A DNA stretch of 63,289 bases, filler included, from Parasitella parasitica NRRL 2501 (lineage: Eukaryota; Fungi; Mucoromycota): NCBI GenBank assembly GCA_025201805.1. It is 5 parts of 5 records of this genome, joined end to end, with 100 filler letters (N's around TTAATTAATTAA, not from the genome) between each part and the next. Parts side by side here need not be neighbours in the genome. Positions count along the whole stretch, not along the records: positions 1 to 28,994 come from MU619311.1; positions 29,095 to 50,837 come from MU619329.1; 3 more parts are not named here. One strand, 5' to 3'. Position 1 is the first letter of the stretch; each line of letters opens with the position of its first letter. The position numbers were made by a program, and so were the translations under genes. The notes below the pieces were generated by a model that did no database searches, had not been told where the DNA came from, and was given only the letters and a program-made list of their open reading frames with translations. Positions 26,339-37,096 of this stretch are shown in pieces.

Positions 26339-28600
26339 ATGAGGACTATTTTTAGTGCTTCATTCATTGGCCTTTTTATGGCTACTAGGATGGTTACTGC
26401 TGCTACTGATCCCAACACAAAGGCCACTTGTGCACTTACTGGTTCTACCAAAGATGGCTCTATTAATGTAAAGGACAAACAACTTGCTCAGTTCACCATA
26501 GTTGATAATGGCGGGCAAGAAACCTCTCAATTTGGTGTTAAGATCAATAATTCTGACAGCTTAAAGGCTGGTCTAGACGGTCCTGGGCTTATGGAAGATT
26601 TTATGATGCGCGAAAAGATCATGCACTTTGGTAAAATTTACATGTACATACAGCCATTCTTGCGTGATATTGATGTCATATATTATGTAGATCACGAAAG
26701 AATCCCTGAACGTGCTGTTCATGCTCGCGCGGTTGGTTTACATGGCTATTTCGAGTCCTATGGTGATTACTCTAATATCACTGCTGCCAGTTTCTTAAAA
26801 GAAAAAGGAAAAAAGACACCAATGTTTGTTCGTATCTCTACTGTTCTAGGCTCTCGCGGCTCTCCTGATACCGTTCGTGATGTTCACGGTTTTTCTCTTC
26901 GTTTTTATACGGATGAAGGTCTCTTTGACCTTGTTGGTAACAATGTTCCTCCTTTCTTTGTCCATGATGCCATCAAATTCCCTGATCTTATTCATGCTGG
27001 CAAACCTCAGCCTGATACCGAGACTCCTCAAGCTGGCACGGCTCACGAAACTGCTTACGACTTTTTTGCTGCTTTCCCTGAGACTCTGCACACCGTCCTT
27101 TGGGCTCTTTCTGGTCGTGGCATTCCGAGATCTCTTCGCCAAATCGATGGTTTTGGTGTTCACACCTTCCGTTTAGTCAATGAGCAAGGCGTTTCCACCT
27201 ACGCCAAGTTCCTTTGGAAACCGAAGCAAGGTCTATCTAATCTTTTGTGGGACGAAGCTCAGAAGATTGCTGGTAAAGATATCGATTTCCATCGTAACGA
27301 CATTTACACAGCTATCAACAAGGGGGACTATCCTGAATGGGAATGGGGAGTTCAGCTCATCCCTGAACAAGACTTTAACAAATATGATTTTTCTCTTCTC
27401 GACCCTACAAAGCTTGTGCCTGAGTCTTTGGTGCCTTTCCAGCCTCTGGGCAAGATAGTACTCAACCGTAACCATGAAAACTACTTTGCTGAAACTGAAC
27501 AGATTACCCTCCATCCTGGCCATGTTGTCCGTGGTGTTGGCTTTACAAACGATCCTCTTCTCCAAGGCCGTCTCTTCTCGTATCTTGACACTCAACTTAA
27601 CCGCATGAGTGGCCCCAACTATATGCAGCTGCCTATCAATCGTCCTGTTAACATTGTCCACAACAATCAACGCGATGGCTTCATGCAAACGCAGATCCAC
27701 AACGGAAGAGTCGCTTATTTTCCCAACGGGATGCAGGGAAACACTCCTTCCATGGTTGACGGCGATAAGGGTGGCTACATAGAGTATCCTGAAAAGATCA
27801 ATAATGTTACAAAGATCCGTGGACGCTCCTCCAAGTTCTTTGATTTCTACTCTCAGCCTCAACTAAACTACAACTCCCTCACTGATGCTGAGAAGCAGCA
27901 GCTTATTGATGGCCTTCGTTTCGAAATAGGCAAATCCAACTCTATGGATGTTCGTAAGAGGATGATTAACCAGCTCAATCACGTTGATAATGACATGGCC
28001 CGTCGCATTGCATACACTATTGGTGTCAATCTTCCTGACAAGGTTGCTGATAATCAAAATAAGACCTCTGTTGGGATCTCGATTGAACAATACCCCAAGG
28101 CTACTAGCATCAAGACCCGCACTGTTGCCATCCTCACTGCCCCAGGCACTAATAACACTGAAGCTCAAGCCATTTTTGACTTTCTTGAAAACAAAGGCGC
28201 CTATCCTGCTTTTGTTGGTGTTCGTCAAGGCACACAAGATGGCCTTAATATCACGCAATCTTACCTAACTACCTCATCTGTTCTTTGGGATGCCGTTTAT
28301 GTTCCTGGTGGCAACAAGGCCCTCGAAGTTATGGCTTCTCGCTCTTCCTTGTTTCCTTACGATGAACCCAAGATGTTTGTTTTAGATGCTTTCTGCCATG
28401 GTAAGCCTATCGCTGCCTCTGCCGAAGGCTCCAAGCTTCTTGACTATGCAGGCATTGACATACCCCCTAATGGTAACTCTACTGCCGAGCTGAATGGTGT
28501 TATTGTCGCTGATACAGAAGCTAATGCCGAAAGTGCTTTCGAAGCTGCCCTTATTCAGCAAAGGTATTGGTCTCGATTGCCTTTGGATTCTCCAATGTAA
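26339..28600 (+). CDS. Secreted large-subunit (clade 2) catalase with C-terminal DJ-1/GATase-like domain
   Basis: Signal peptide. FDHERIPERAVHAR after removing the 60-nt intron 26631-26690. Also DLVGNN, proximal RLFSYLDTQ and DAVYVPGG. Confidence 0.97.
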   Translation: MRTIFSASFIGLFMATRMVTAATDPNTKATCALTGSTKDGSINVKDKQLAQFTIVDNGGQETSQFGVKINNSDSLKAGLDGPGLMEDFMMREKIMHFGKIYMYIQPFLRDIDVIYYVDHERIPERAVHARAVGLHGYFESYGDYSNITAASFLKEKGKKTPMFVRISTVLGSRGSPDTVRDVHGFSLRFYTDEGLFDLVGNNVPPFFVHDAIKFPDLIHAGKPQPDTETPQAGTAHETAYDFFAAFPETLHTVLWALSGRGIPRSLRQIDGFGVHTFRLVNEQGVSTYAKFLWKPKQGLSNLLWDEAQKIAGKDIDFHRNDIYTAINKGDYPEWEWGVQLIPEQDFNKYDFSLLDPTKLVPESLVPFQPLGKIVLNRNHENYFAETEQITLHPGHVVRGVGFTNDPLLQGRLFSYLDTQLNRMSGPNYMQLPINRPVNIVHNNQRDGFMQTQIHNGRVAYFPNGMQGNTPSMVDGDKGGYIEYPEKINNVTKIRGRSSKFFDFYSQPQLNYNSLTDAEKQQLIDGLRFEIGKSNSMDVRKRMINQLNHVDNDMARRIAYTIGVNLPDKVADNQNKTSVGISIEQYPKATSIKTRTVAILTAPGTNNTEAQAIFDFLENKGAYPAFVGVRQGTQDGLNITQSYLTTSSVLWDAVYVPGGNKALEVMASRSSLFPYDEPKMFVLDAFCHGKPIAASAEGSKLLDYAGIDIPPNGNSTAELNGVIVADTEANAESAFEAALIQQRYWSRLPLDSPM

Positions 28601-28994
28601 CTTATTAACCATGACAATTGAACACTTCATCTTGCACCTTCATATTGTCCGAATCATGATAATAAAATAGGAGTATTTATATGTGGGTCGGGAAACCTGA
28701 GGAGACCAAAAGGAAACCTCTGATTTCATATCCCGCAGGCAATTAATTGAACTTATTCAAGAGGAAACTTCAATAAGTCGACTTATTTGAAGGTTGGGAA
28801 ACCTGTAATAAATTTATTAGTTTATATAGCAGATGATATATGATGCCTCAAATATTTTGCTATATAACTATAACTTTATACATCACAAAAAAAACTAATA
28901 TATTGTGTAAAAGACTTTTTTTATTTAGAGTAATGTAAAAATTAAATCACTATTTTTTGAAAGGTAATCTAATGATTTTTTGTTTCTAACTCGC

Positions 28995-29094
28995 NNNNNN
29001 NNNNNNNNNNNNNNNNNNNNNNNNNNNNNNNNNNNNNNTTAATTAATTAANNNNNNNNNNNNNNNNNNNNNNNNNNNNNNNNNNNNNNNNNNNN
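28995..29094. other. Artificial contig linker N44-TTAATTAATTAA-N44
   Basis: 100-bp spacer with stop codons in all six frames, occurring four times in the window. Confidence 0.97.
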
Positions 29095-29479
29095 TTTTTT
29101 ATTATAATTTTTTTCCGTGAATCCATATAACAATTTATACCGATTCCACAGTTTCAATACTTTTCTCAAATCAAAGGCACTAGGGAGCCTTTGTGAGTCT
29201 CTCGACTTGTTTTCCAAATTATGTAGATAACCAACGCAGAGTATCAAAGGGGCAAGATTTAGAAATTACCAGTATAAAAAGTTGTTTCTAGAGCATATTA
29301 GCCTATATATTCGATACATAATCAAAAACTGACAAAAAAAACACTTTGCAAGCATATCCAATAAACCTATTAATGTTGTGCGAACATAAGCTATGAAAAT
29401 TTTGGGATCTTCGCAAGCTGCAATGGGCAACATATTTCTGAGCTTGAAATTACCACAGCTAATATATAGGCCCTTAGCA

Positions 29480-30030
29480 TTGAAGCACCTGTTTCAATTG
29501 AGGAGCAAAACATGAACTCTATAAGCAATCTGGTTATGTCTTGATATGAATCAATAGCCAAGATAATGTAAAATATAACCTCAAAAGCTATTTTTATCTA
29601 GCTTTATGTTTAGGTTTAAATAAATGCCGCTTAATCATGACCATCACCTTTTCTCCCGCTTAAAATTATAATCTACAATCTCTGATATCTTTACAAACTA
29701 TTATGCGATAGAGACGCAACCTTCAGCTAAATTCTTCTTTTTTTGCAGCATTTTACAACATATCCGAGTTTTATGAACATCTGGCCATTTTTTAGATTTT
29801 GCTATGTTTGGACCCCAAACCTCATATCCGATTTTCAGTTTTCAACTTTGGGTCAACCTTCAGGGTCATTTTTAGGTACGAATTTGAGGTCCAAACTAAG
29901 AACAAAGGTTAATACTAGTATGATAAATGTACCTCACTACGTCTTCCGATTCTCGATATCTATCTTTGCTGTCGAGATATTCCCAAAACCAAATTTTGCA
30001 GATTTTCCAAATTTTACAGCATATGTTCCT
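29480..30030 (+). repeat. Dispersed repeat family X (copy 2)
   Basis: Inverted homolog of 21900-22480. The spurious ORFs MQHFTTYPSF.. and MQRFTTYPSF.. mirror each other. Confidence 0.85.
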
Positions 30031-31099
30031 ATAACAAGCACCATATTTTGCAACTAAACCAAGTTTAAGTTCCTAAGTAAAATAATAAAGCACATTTTGG
30101 TACACATACTGGTATAAAACATGTTGTACGTGATCTCGAATTCGACAAGCTTGGGCCAATTTTGTCTTTTTACGTTAAACTTTGTCCGTCTGTTTCTCAA
30201 AAAGCTACTATGACACTTTGGCTTGAGTGATTATTAAAATCTATTTGAAACTTAACTATCTACTAGTCTTATTAGTTTTTAGATAGATATGTCGAAAAAA
30301 ATATTTTTTCAGATGTTTTTAGCAGAGGCTTCATATATTTTCACAACTTTCAGAGCAATAAATAGTATTTAAAGATACATGATATAGCAATATAAACATA
30401 GAGCTACAACACAGCTACGGAATAGTTTTTGTTTGATCAAAAAATACCAATTTTTGAGCGAGAAAATCTCGAAAAATGGAATTGATTTTTACCCTTTTGA
30501 ATGGGTTCATTTTGGCCCTCTAAGTATAGGGCCGGAAAATCGTAGATTCATTTTGATCGCCACAAGATTTTGATTTTTGGCAGACATAATAGAGCTACAG
30601 CTGCGTAAAAAATATTGATGCGTAGGCATTGAGATTATGGTTTGTTTGGTCAACTTTATAGAGCTGAGTGTGCTCAAAATATGCTTGATTTTACTCAAAA
30701 ACTATCAAAAAAGGCGTTTTTTGAATATTTGAAAATTGTTAATAAGAAAAGATGTTTTTATGCCCTTGTAATTTATATGGTTGGATGCAGAATTTATTTT
30801 GTTGAATAAAACACTTAGTACGCATATCCGATATACCTATTGCGTTTATGAGATATTTAGCAATGAACTATGCGAAAAAAGCTGGAAAATGGTTTGCGTT
30901 AAATGGAAACACAGTGCTGAGATTCAATATACAGCCTCTTTATTCGATGTAAATGTGGGCACCTACTATTTCCAATTGAAGAACATAGCATAATTCTAAT
31001 AGTTATTATGCTTATGTCTCCATATCAATCGATAGCTGAGATACTGTATAATACAGTCTCAAAAATAATTTTTGTATTGCTTCACTTTTGGTTGAAATA

Positions 31100-31255
31100 A
31101 ATACCACCAAATCTGAAATATATCCTGTTTCCCCGCTTAAAAGACATAATTTGCAATATGTAATATTTTTTTCTTTTGTACCATTCTAAAATGTATCCGA
31201 GTCTCATGTACCTCTAATCATCTTTAAAATTTTGCTATGTTTGGAACCCAAATTT
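31100..31255 (+). repeat. Dispersed repeat family X (partial, more diverged copy 3)
   Basis: CCCGCTTAAAA, TATCCGAGT and TTTTGCTATGTTTGGAACCCAAA shared with copy 2. Confidence 0.6.
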
Positions 31256-32079
31256 TATCTATAAAATACAGCGGGTACAGATTTATCAGAAAAACTTGAA
31301 AGAAATTAATCAGGTAGAAATCCGTTTATTAAATTCAAATTGGAGGGTTTACGTACTTTCTATGAACTGAAGGAAGCGATGTGAGGATAAAAGTGTTAGT
31401 GATGAGATCCAGGAGATAGAGTAGATTGTACCTACCCCCAAATGTCGTGCCATATTATTTTATGATCTGATGTTTTTCTCTTTAGTATGAGTTTATGCCA
31501 TTATATTGGCATCCGATTTTAGAATTGATATATCAGGTATGGTGGATTTTTGGCAGTTCATCAAATTTAATTGGCGGTTAGTCGTCATCTGCCTCACTTT
31601 TTCTAAAAGTTATCTATTATTTTGCGTTTGATTTGTTTTATATCCTATTCAAAGACTTAGTAACGTAGGAATCTCTTGATTAGACCATCCGCATTCAAGG
31701 GTAGCGGACCTTCAGGCTGCGTCCTTAGTGAAAATGTAGTTGGCATTAGAAGATTTTCTTTTGCCTAAAGACTATTAAGAGTAGCGTAGTTACTGTGAAT
31801 TGTATTTCGTAAATCTGGTGTTGTTCCACGAACTGGAAAAAGGAAGTTATCTATCGCAGATTTTAGCATTGTCAGTTGCTATACATGACTCATTTTAATA
31901 AAGCCATGTTCTTTAATATCCCACAGCTCTAAAATATATTTTAAAAAAGAAATATGGATGTTTGTATATATACATTAACCTAAAAAGTTGGATGTCCCTT
32001 TTTAGTGAGACGGAATAGAGACGTTATACTATTACAGTCTTGGGTGAGATATGTGAAGAAATGCAGTTGATTTTATTTA

Positions 32080-33400
32080 TGAGAGTCAAAAGAAAACCTC
32101 CATTTGGTGGATGTAGTGAATTAGGGGGGGGGGATCCACTTTATTTGAGCCGTATTGCTAGTCCACACAATCAACGTATAATGCACTTTCGATCTAATAT
32201 TTACGAATTATTGCTTCCCAATATTAAAATTCAAGACAGATACAGGATCTCGATTCCATACTCATGTTGGCTCAGTTTGTAAAACTAACGGCATTCTAGT
32301 TAGAAACCTCCTCATAATTCCTCATAGTATTCTCATATTTCTGGTAGCAGCCCATGGCAAAGCAGAGTAGGCAAAGTCTTTCTATTGTAACTTCTTGAGG
32401 GTTTCTTACCGTTTTAAAAGTTTCCAATCCTCCCTCACAAAAAGAGAAGAAAGCAAATGTGCTTTGTTTGTTGTGAATCATTCCCTTAGTAGTAAGGACT
32501 AAGAGCTTTTTCAACCAATGCCCTTAACCTGATACACTTTTCGTATTCTTCTGTATCAATGAATGATGATTTGGTCTTTGTTCACTTTGCTCCTGGTGAT
32601 TGAGAATTTGATGATGTCTTGCAATCTTTGTTCTTGTCATTTTTGTGTACACCTGACCTGCTTGTTTTCTTCATGAAGTAAAGCAAATCTTGCCTTAAGG
32701 GTCCATTAAAACGCATTTATTTTTTGTTTTCTTCGATTCTGCCTTGGTCAAACTTTCTGTATATGCTGCTGCATTTTCCTTTTTTCATTTCCGATTTGGG
32801 GGGGGGGAGCCATTTTTCTGTTTGCAGTTTCATTTTACTTGATTATGGAGACACCGATACCATCAGTTTCAATTGTTCCTGAAAGCGCATCAACTTGCCC
32901 ATTCTTTGATAGTATTTAAAAGCTTTGTTTTGTAGCTTGACTTCAACATCCCAAGTTTGAAACTTTTTGTCCATTTTAAACATTGATTTGAGCTTTAAGG
33001 TATTTTGGTGGATGATCTTGAAAATTGTCATGTAGTTAAGGGATAAACGCGGCTCGCAAAAGAAAGCAAAGAAACTGGCACGTAATCCATATCAATTCTG
33101 CTCGAATTGGTTGCTACAATAAATTGTATCTTTGCGAACAAACTTAAGGGTTCAAGAAGCTCTTCTTGGCACAGTAAATGAGAGTTTCAACACACCGAAA
33201 GCAGGGAATTGATAAACAATCAGAACTTAAATAATGTCTGTTTTGAGACACTGAAAAGATAAATTTGATAGCCAAAATAAAATGTTCATGAATTTCACTT
33301 AATCCTCTACTCAACACTGACAAACATTGAACAAGGACTACGAAGCGCAAGACTATGATTTGCGTCATTTGGGCGTCGACAATATGCATTGAGGTGAATT
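32080..33400 (-). pseudogene. Degenerate, internally deleted Fanzor1, copy B, with candidate omegaRNA and element end
   Basis: Minus strand in order: FLCFLLRAAFIP/NYMTI; NKAFK...GTIETDGIGVSIIK (32880-32840); KNKCVLMDP (RuvC-I D at 32703)/RQDLLYFMK; KGIG; FCEGGLETFKTVRNP; CHGLL; VWNRDPVSVLNF (RuvC-III, 32258-32247). The 5' limit near 33400 is approximate. Confidence 0.9.
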
Positions 33401-34817
33401 TATTCTCATTTAAAAGTAGATTGAAAGTACTATGCTCGGTCTTTGGGCTTGGAAGCTTATCATAAAGCGTCGATAAGCACTTGCTCTATTATAGAATTGT
33501 TTACCATAAACTTTCTATTGATGGGCGGGATAGTTAAAGACTAATATTGGCCTTCTCTTCCAATGTTTATGAGGCTTTTTCTTTTTTCATATTGGATTAC
33601 CTTGGTCTCCGGTATGCATTATATCTTTGCTCAACTCACATAATGAATTGAATGTCTCCGTCTTGGAGTCAAAATTACTCTATGATGCTCATTGTTGGTT
33701 CGGCTAAAAATGTAACATGTATCGAATACGCTTGACAATGTAGTCTCTGTCTTGGGTGTCGGATTTGATGCGAATTCTTTCTCGGCTGAATGAAAATTCC
33801 TATCCATATAAAGGTTACGATGATCAGCAGTAATAGCCATACTCACTACCAGTGTTTTCGTTTGTCGAGGATTCATTGGAGGTATACCGGTAACCAGTAG
33901 TCTTTTATTGAGTGGGTGAGCTAATTGGGTAGTGTTAGACGCATATCTTATGAAAACTACTGGTTTTATTTGATTGATCATTGACGGCTGAACTCTCCTG
34001 TTGATGAATGGAGCAGGCAATGGTTGCATTGGATCTATGCGCTGATCATCAAACAAGTTGGCTCTTCTGAAAGAACACTCTACAGCAGGACCAGCATGAT
34101 GGATAGTTTTGGCGGGGACCACTGCATTGATCAACGATACTCTTGTCTATGTCTCTATTTCATCCTTGGCGTCGTCCATGCAAGAACAGCTTGCTGTTCT
34201 TATTTGACTCAACCCCATTGAGATGCGATTCCTTTTCTCCTCGTTTCGATGCCCACTTGATAAGATGCAGGCTGAGGAACATCTCATCAACGCAAATAAG
34301 TCTACTACATACATATGCTTTATTTATTAACCTTAATTCAAATAAACTGTTTTGTTGTACAAACATTGGGGTGGTGATCTGGGCATATTCAGCAAAACAT
34401 TTATACATTTTTGATGCGACTATTTAAACAGTAGATCATGCACAGCTCTTTTTTTTTCCGTTGGTGTAAAAAATATATGAATACCATGCAAAAAATACGT
34501 TTTTTTTTTTTTTTTTTTTTCAAAAAAGCAGAATGTAAAAAGGGAAGAGATTATGGGCAATCAAGTACAAGAGAATAGGTTGATATTTACAAGTTTTGCA
34601 ATTGTTAGGATAGTTTGTTTGCTTGCATTGCATTTATTGTCTAATTGACTCTTACTACTCCTTGAAAATGCCCCTCTTCTTGTAAAATTCTTTTGCACAA
34701 ATAGCATATCTGATTTGGTTAAAATTTGTAGCCAAAACCAAGTCCTCGTGTACTTCTTAAGGCAAGTTGGTTGAATTCAATCTTCGATACATAGCCTTTT
34801 TGTCCCCATATACCTTC

Positions 34818-36839
34818 ATGTACAAACTTAAAAAGAAACTGACCAACTACAACCACTGTATACCGCTTGAAATATGGATGCATGTCTTTAGCTACATCAA
34901 ATCTCCCAGACAATTGCTTCAATGCAGGCTGGTTTGTAGAAGATGGGATTATCCTGCAGAGACGGCCATGTTAAGCAAGGATTTGGAGATATATGGAGGA
35001 AGTGCAGTGAAACTGTACAACCACCTAGCCAAAAAGCCTGGCCGAACTCACCTAGTACGGTTTATTGATGTGGACGTTTATCGCGAGGATTCTGACATGA
35101 TCAACCTGCTCAAAGTGTCCTTCAATCCAAAAATGCGGCACTTTGCAGCTGGCTTGGACCCGGTCGGTGCTGAATTCTTTGCTGCTTTCCTTGAAATCAT
35201 CAAAGCCCTCCCCCAGGATACGGTTTACAGCATGCGCAGAATTCCCGAACCCGCTGTTCTGAAAGATAAAAATTACGCAAGGGTTGCTTATACGTTTCGG
35301 AGGACCTTGCAACACTTGCAAATCTCAGTAGAGTGCAGAGCAATAAGCACATATCTAAGACGGCTCAGGGTATTCAGAAACTTGATTGCACTGACTTTGG
35401 ATGCAGAGTCCCTGGATAGCGTAACCAATTTGGATGCCATTTTAAGAAATTGCCCTTGTCTTCAGGAACTCGAGCTGACAAGTCCTGACAATAGCAGCTA
35501 CGTAGTCAAAAGCCATGACACTGTCTTACAGTGGGTAAATCAGTCTGTAACAAAGGTGAAAAGTCTGGTAGAACTCACAATCACTTTTGCCCGCCCGGAC
35601 TTGGTGGAGTATCTGATCTACAAATACCCAAATGTTAGTTGTCTCATGTGCTCGGGTGATCGCTATCAACGTGATAATGCTACGCGTGTGTTGGCTGCAG
35701 TCAAAGACGTTAGGGATTTCGAAGTGACGTATTATTTTGAGCATCTTCAAGACATAGAATCGTCGATTTCAACCATCTGCAGTGTAGATGAAAAGCCTAC
35801 CAGAATCATTGCAAAGGTGGGTTACAATCCAGTCGAAGTTGGATTTAATGCCGAAATGCAACTCAAGATTTCCAACGATGAGCAAAGGCTCATTCAAGTC
35901 AATGTTGACCTGGCATATCATTTGCCGAGTCAAGTTCATTTGCAAGTGCTGGAAAATTTGGGAATGTGCGGTAGTCATTGCATTGTGCCTCACCTGGAAG
36001 TCAATTTGCTGTCTTTGGAGCCAGCAGCCGATGCGGGTCTGATGACCTTTTACGACATAGTTGATAGAATGCCTGCAACTGAACGTATCGATCTCTTTAT
36101 AGAGCGAATCATGTATAACCCTATTGCATCGTGGAGCATCAACACTGAAAGAAGACTATCGCAGCTGGTCCTCAGATATGCCGAGGTTGATCCTAGAGTC
36201 CTTGTTCAGATCAGCGAAATGTTTCCAGGCTTGCATTCTCTTACATTCTACTCTTGCTGCATACTCGACAGCTACCCGAATGATGGCCAGGCTCAAGAAA
36301 AAGTGTTCAACATCTATATGCCTTACAACAACTTTTCCACTCTAAAGCTGATGGCGCCCACAGAGGGCAGCTACCCATACACCGGAAAGCCTCCTCAAAC
36401 CAGGCCCATGATAGAGCACAACACAATATCTGGTTATTGCTACCTTCAAGTGTCTGTACTCGAAGTCGATGTTCATATGTACTGCAGACTAAAGGCTTTC
36501 TCACCGCCCGTTTTCCTTACTCAACAAGAATTCGAAGCTCGTCCCTACAAAGCAGACGACGCTACAGTCTACATCACCTGCGCAAATTTGGTGTCTTTGC
36601 ATATAAACCTTGTTGGCATTGACTTTGATTTCAAGGTCAAAAATTACATATTCAGTTCAATCAGGGAGAGTTTGGACGACTGCACAATGGAACTTGAGTC
36701 AGGTCCCCAAAACTACTCCTTGGAAGACGAGTTGTACGAGCTGGATCGTTTGCAGAAGCTTCAATCTAACGGGCAGATTTGGCTCACATACAGACAGAAC
36801 ACAGATGCTGTAGAGAATAAGCCATTTGTCTTTTGCTGA
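34818..36839 (+). CDS. F-box protein with degenerate leucine-rich repeats (Mucorales-expanded family)
   Basis: IPLEIWMHVFSYIKSPRQLLQCRLVCRRW F-box and ILRNCPCLQELEL LRR. Long intronless ORF with first ATG at 34818. Confidence 0.85.
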   Translation: MYKLKKKLTNYNHCIPLEIWMHVFSYIKSPRQLLQCRLVCRRWDYPAETAMLSKDLEIYGGSAVKLYNHLAKKPGRTHLVRFIDVDVYREDSDMINLLKVSFNPKMRHFAAGLDPVGAEFFAAFLEIIKALPQDTVYSMRRIPEPAVLKDKNYARVAYTFRRTLQHLQISVECRAISTYLRRLRVFRNLIALTLDAESLDSVTNLDAILRNCPCLQELELTSPDNSSYVVKSHDTVLQWVNQSVTKVKSLVELTITFARPDLVEYLIYKYPNVSCLMCSGDRYQRDNATRVLAAVKDVRDFEVTYYFEHLQDIESSISTICSVDEKPTRIIAKVGYNPVEVGFNAEMQLKISNDEQRLIQVNVDLAYHLPSQVHLQVLENLGMCGSHCIVPHLEVNLLSLEPAADAGLMTFYDIVDRMPATERIDLFIERIMYNPIASWSINTERRLSQLVLRYAEVDPRVLVQISEMFPGLHSLTFYSCCILDSYPNDGQAQEKVFNIYMPYNNFSTLKLMAPTEGSYPYTGKPPQTRPMIEHNTISGYCYLQVSVLEVDVHMYCRLKAFSPPVFLTQQEFEARPYKADDATVYITCANLVSLHINLVGIDFDFKVKNYIFSSIRESLDDCTMELESGPQNYSLEDELYELDRLQKLQSNGQIWLTYRQNTDAVENKPFVFC

Positions 36840-37096
36840 GGAAGTTGATAGCTGGTGCCTTGCTTTTCTATGACGATGGGAATTGGTAGCTTGAATGTAA
36901 ATAATAATAAAACTACCTACACTCTGTTTATTGGCTGAATGACACGGCATCGTTTTTGTTGGAAAGCAAGCAATTGATTTTTAGACTCTATATGCAGCCA
37001 TCATCTTCAAACGGCGGGTTGTGTGACCAAAAGCAGTTTGGTTGTCATCTCGTTTTTTTTTGTCTTTCTTTCTACTTGTACGTATTCTTTTACAAA

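Noticed and set aside
33631-34134. 167-aa minus-strand ORF as a gene or Fanzor partner transposase
   Set aside because: Non-ATG start, an in-frame stop just upstream, and no DDE or other recognisable motif.
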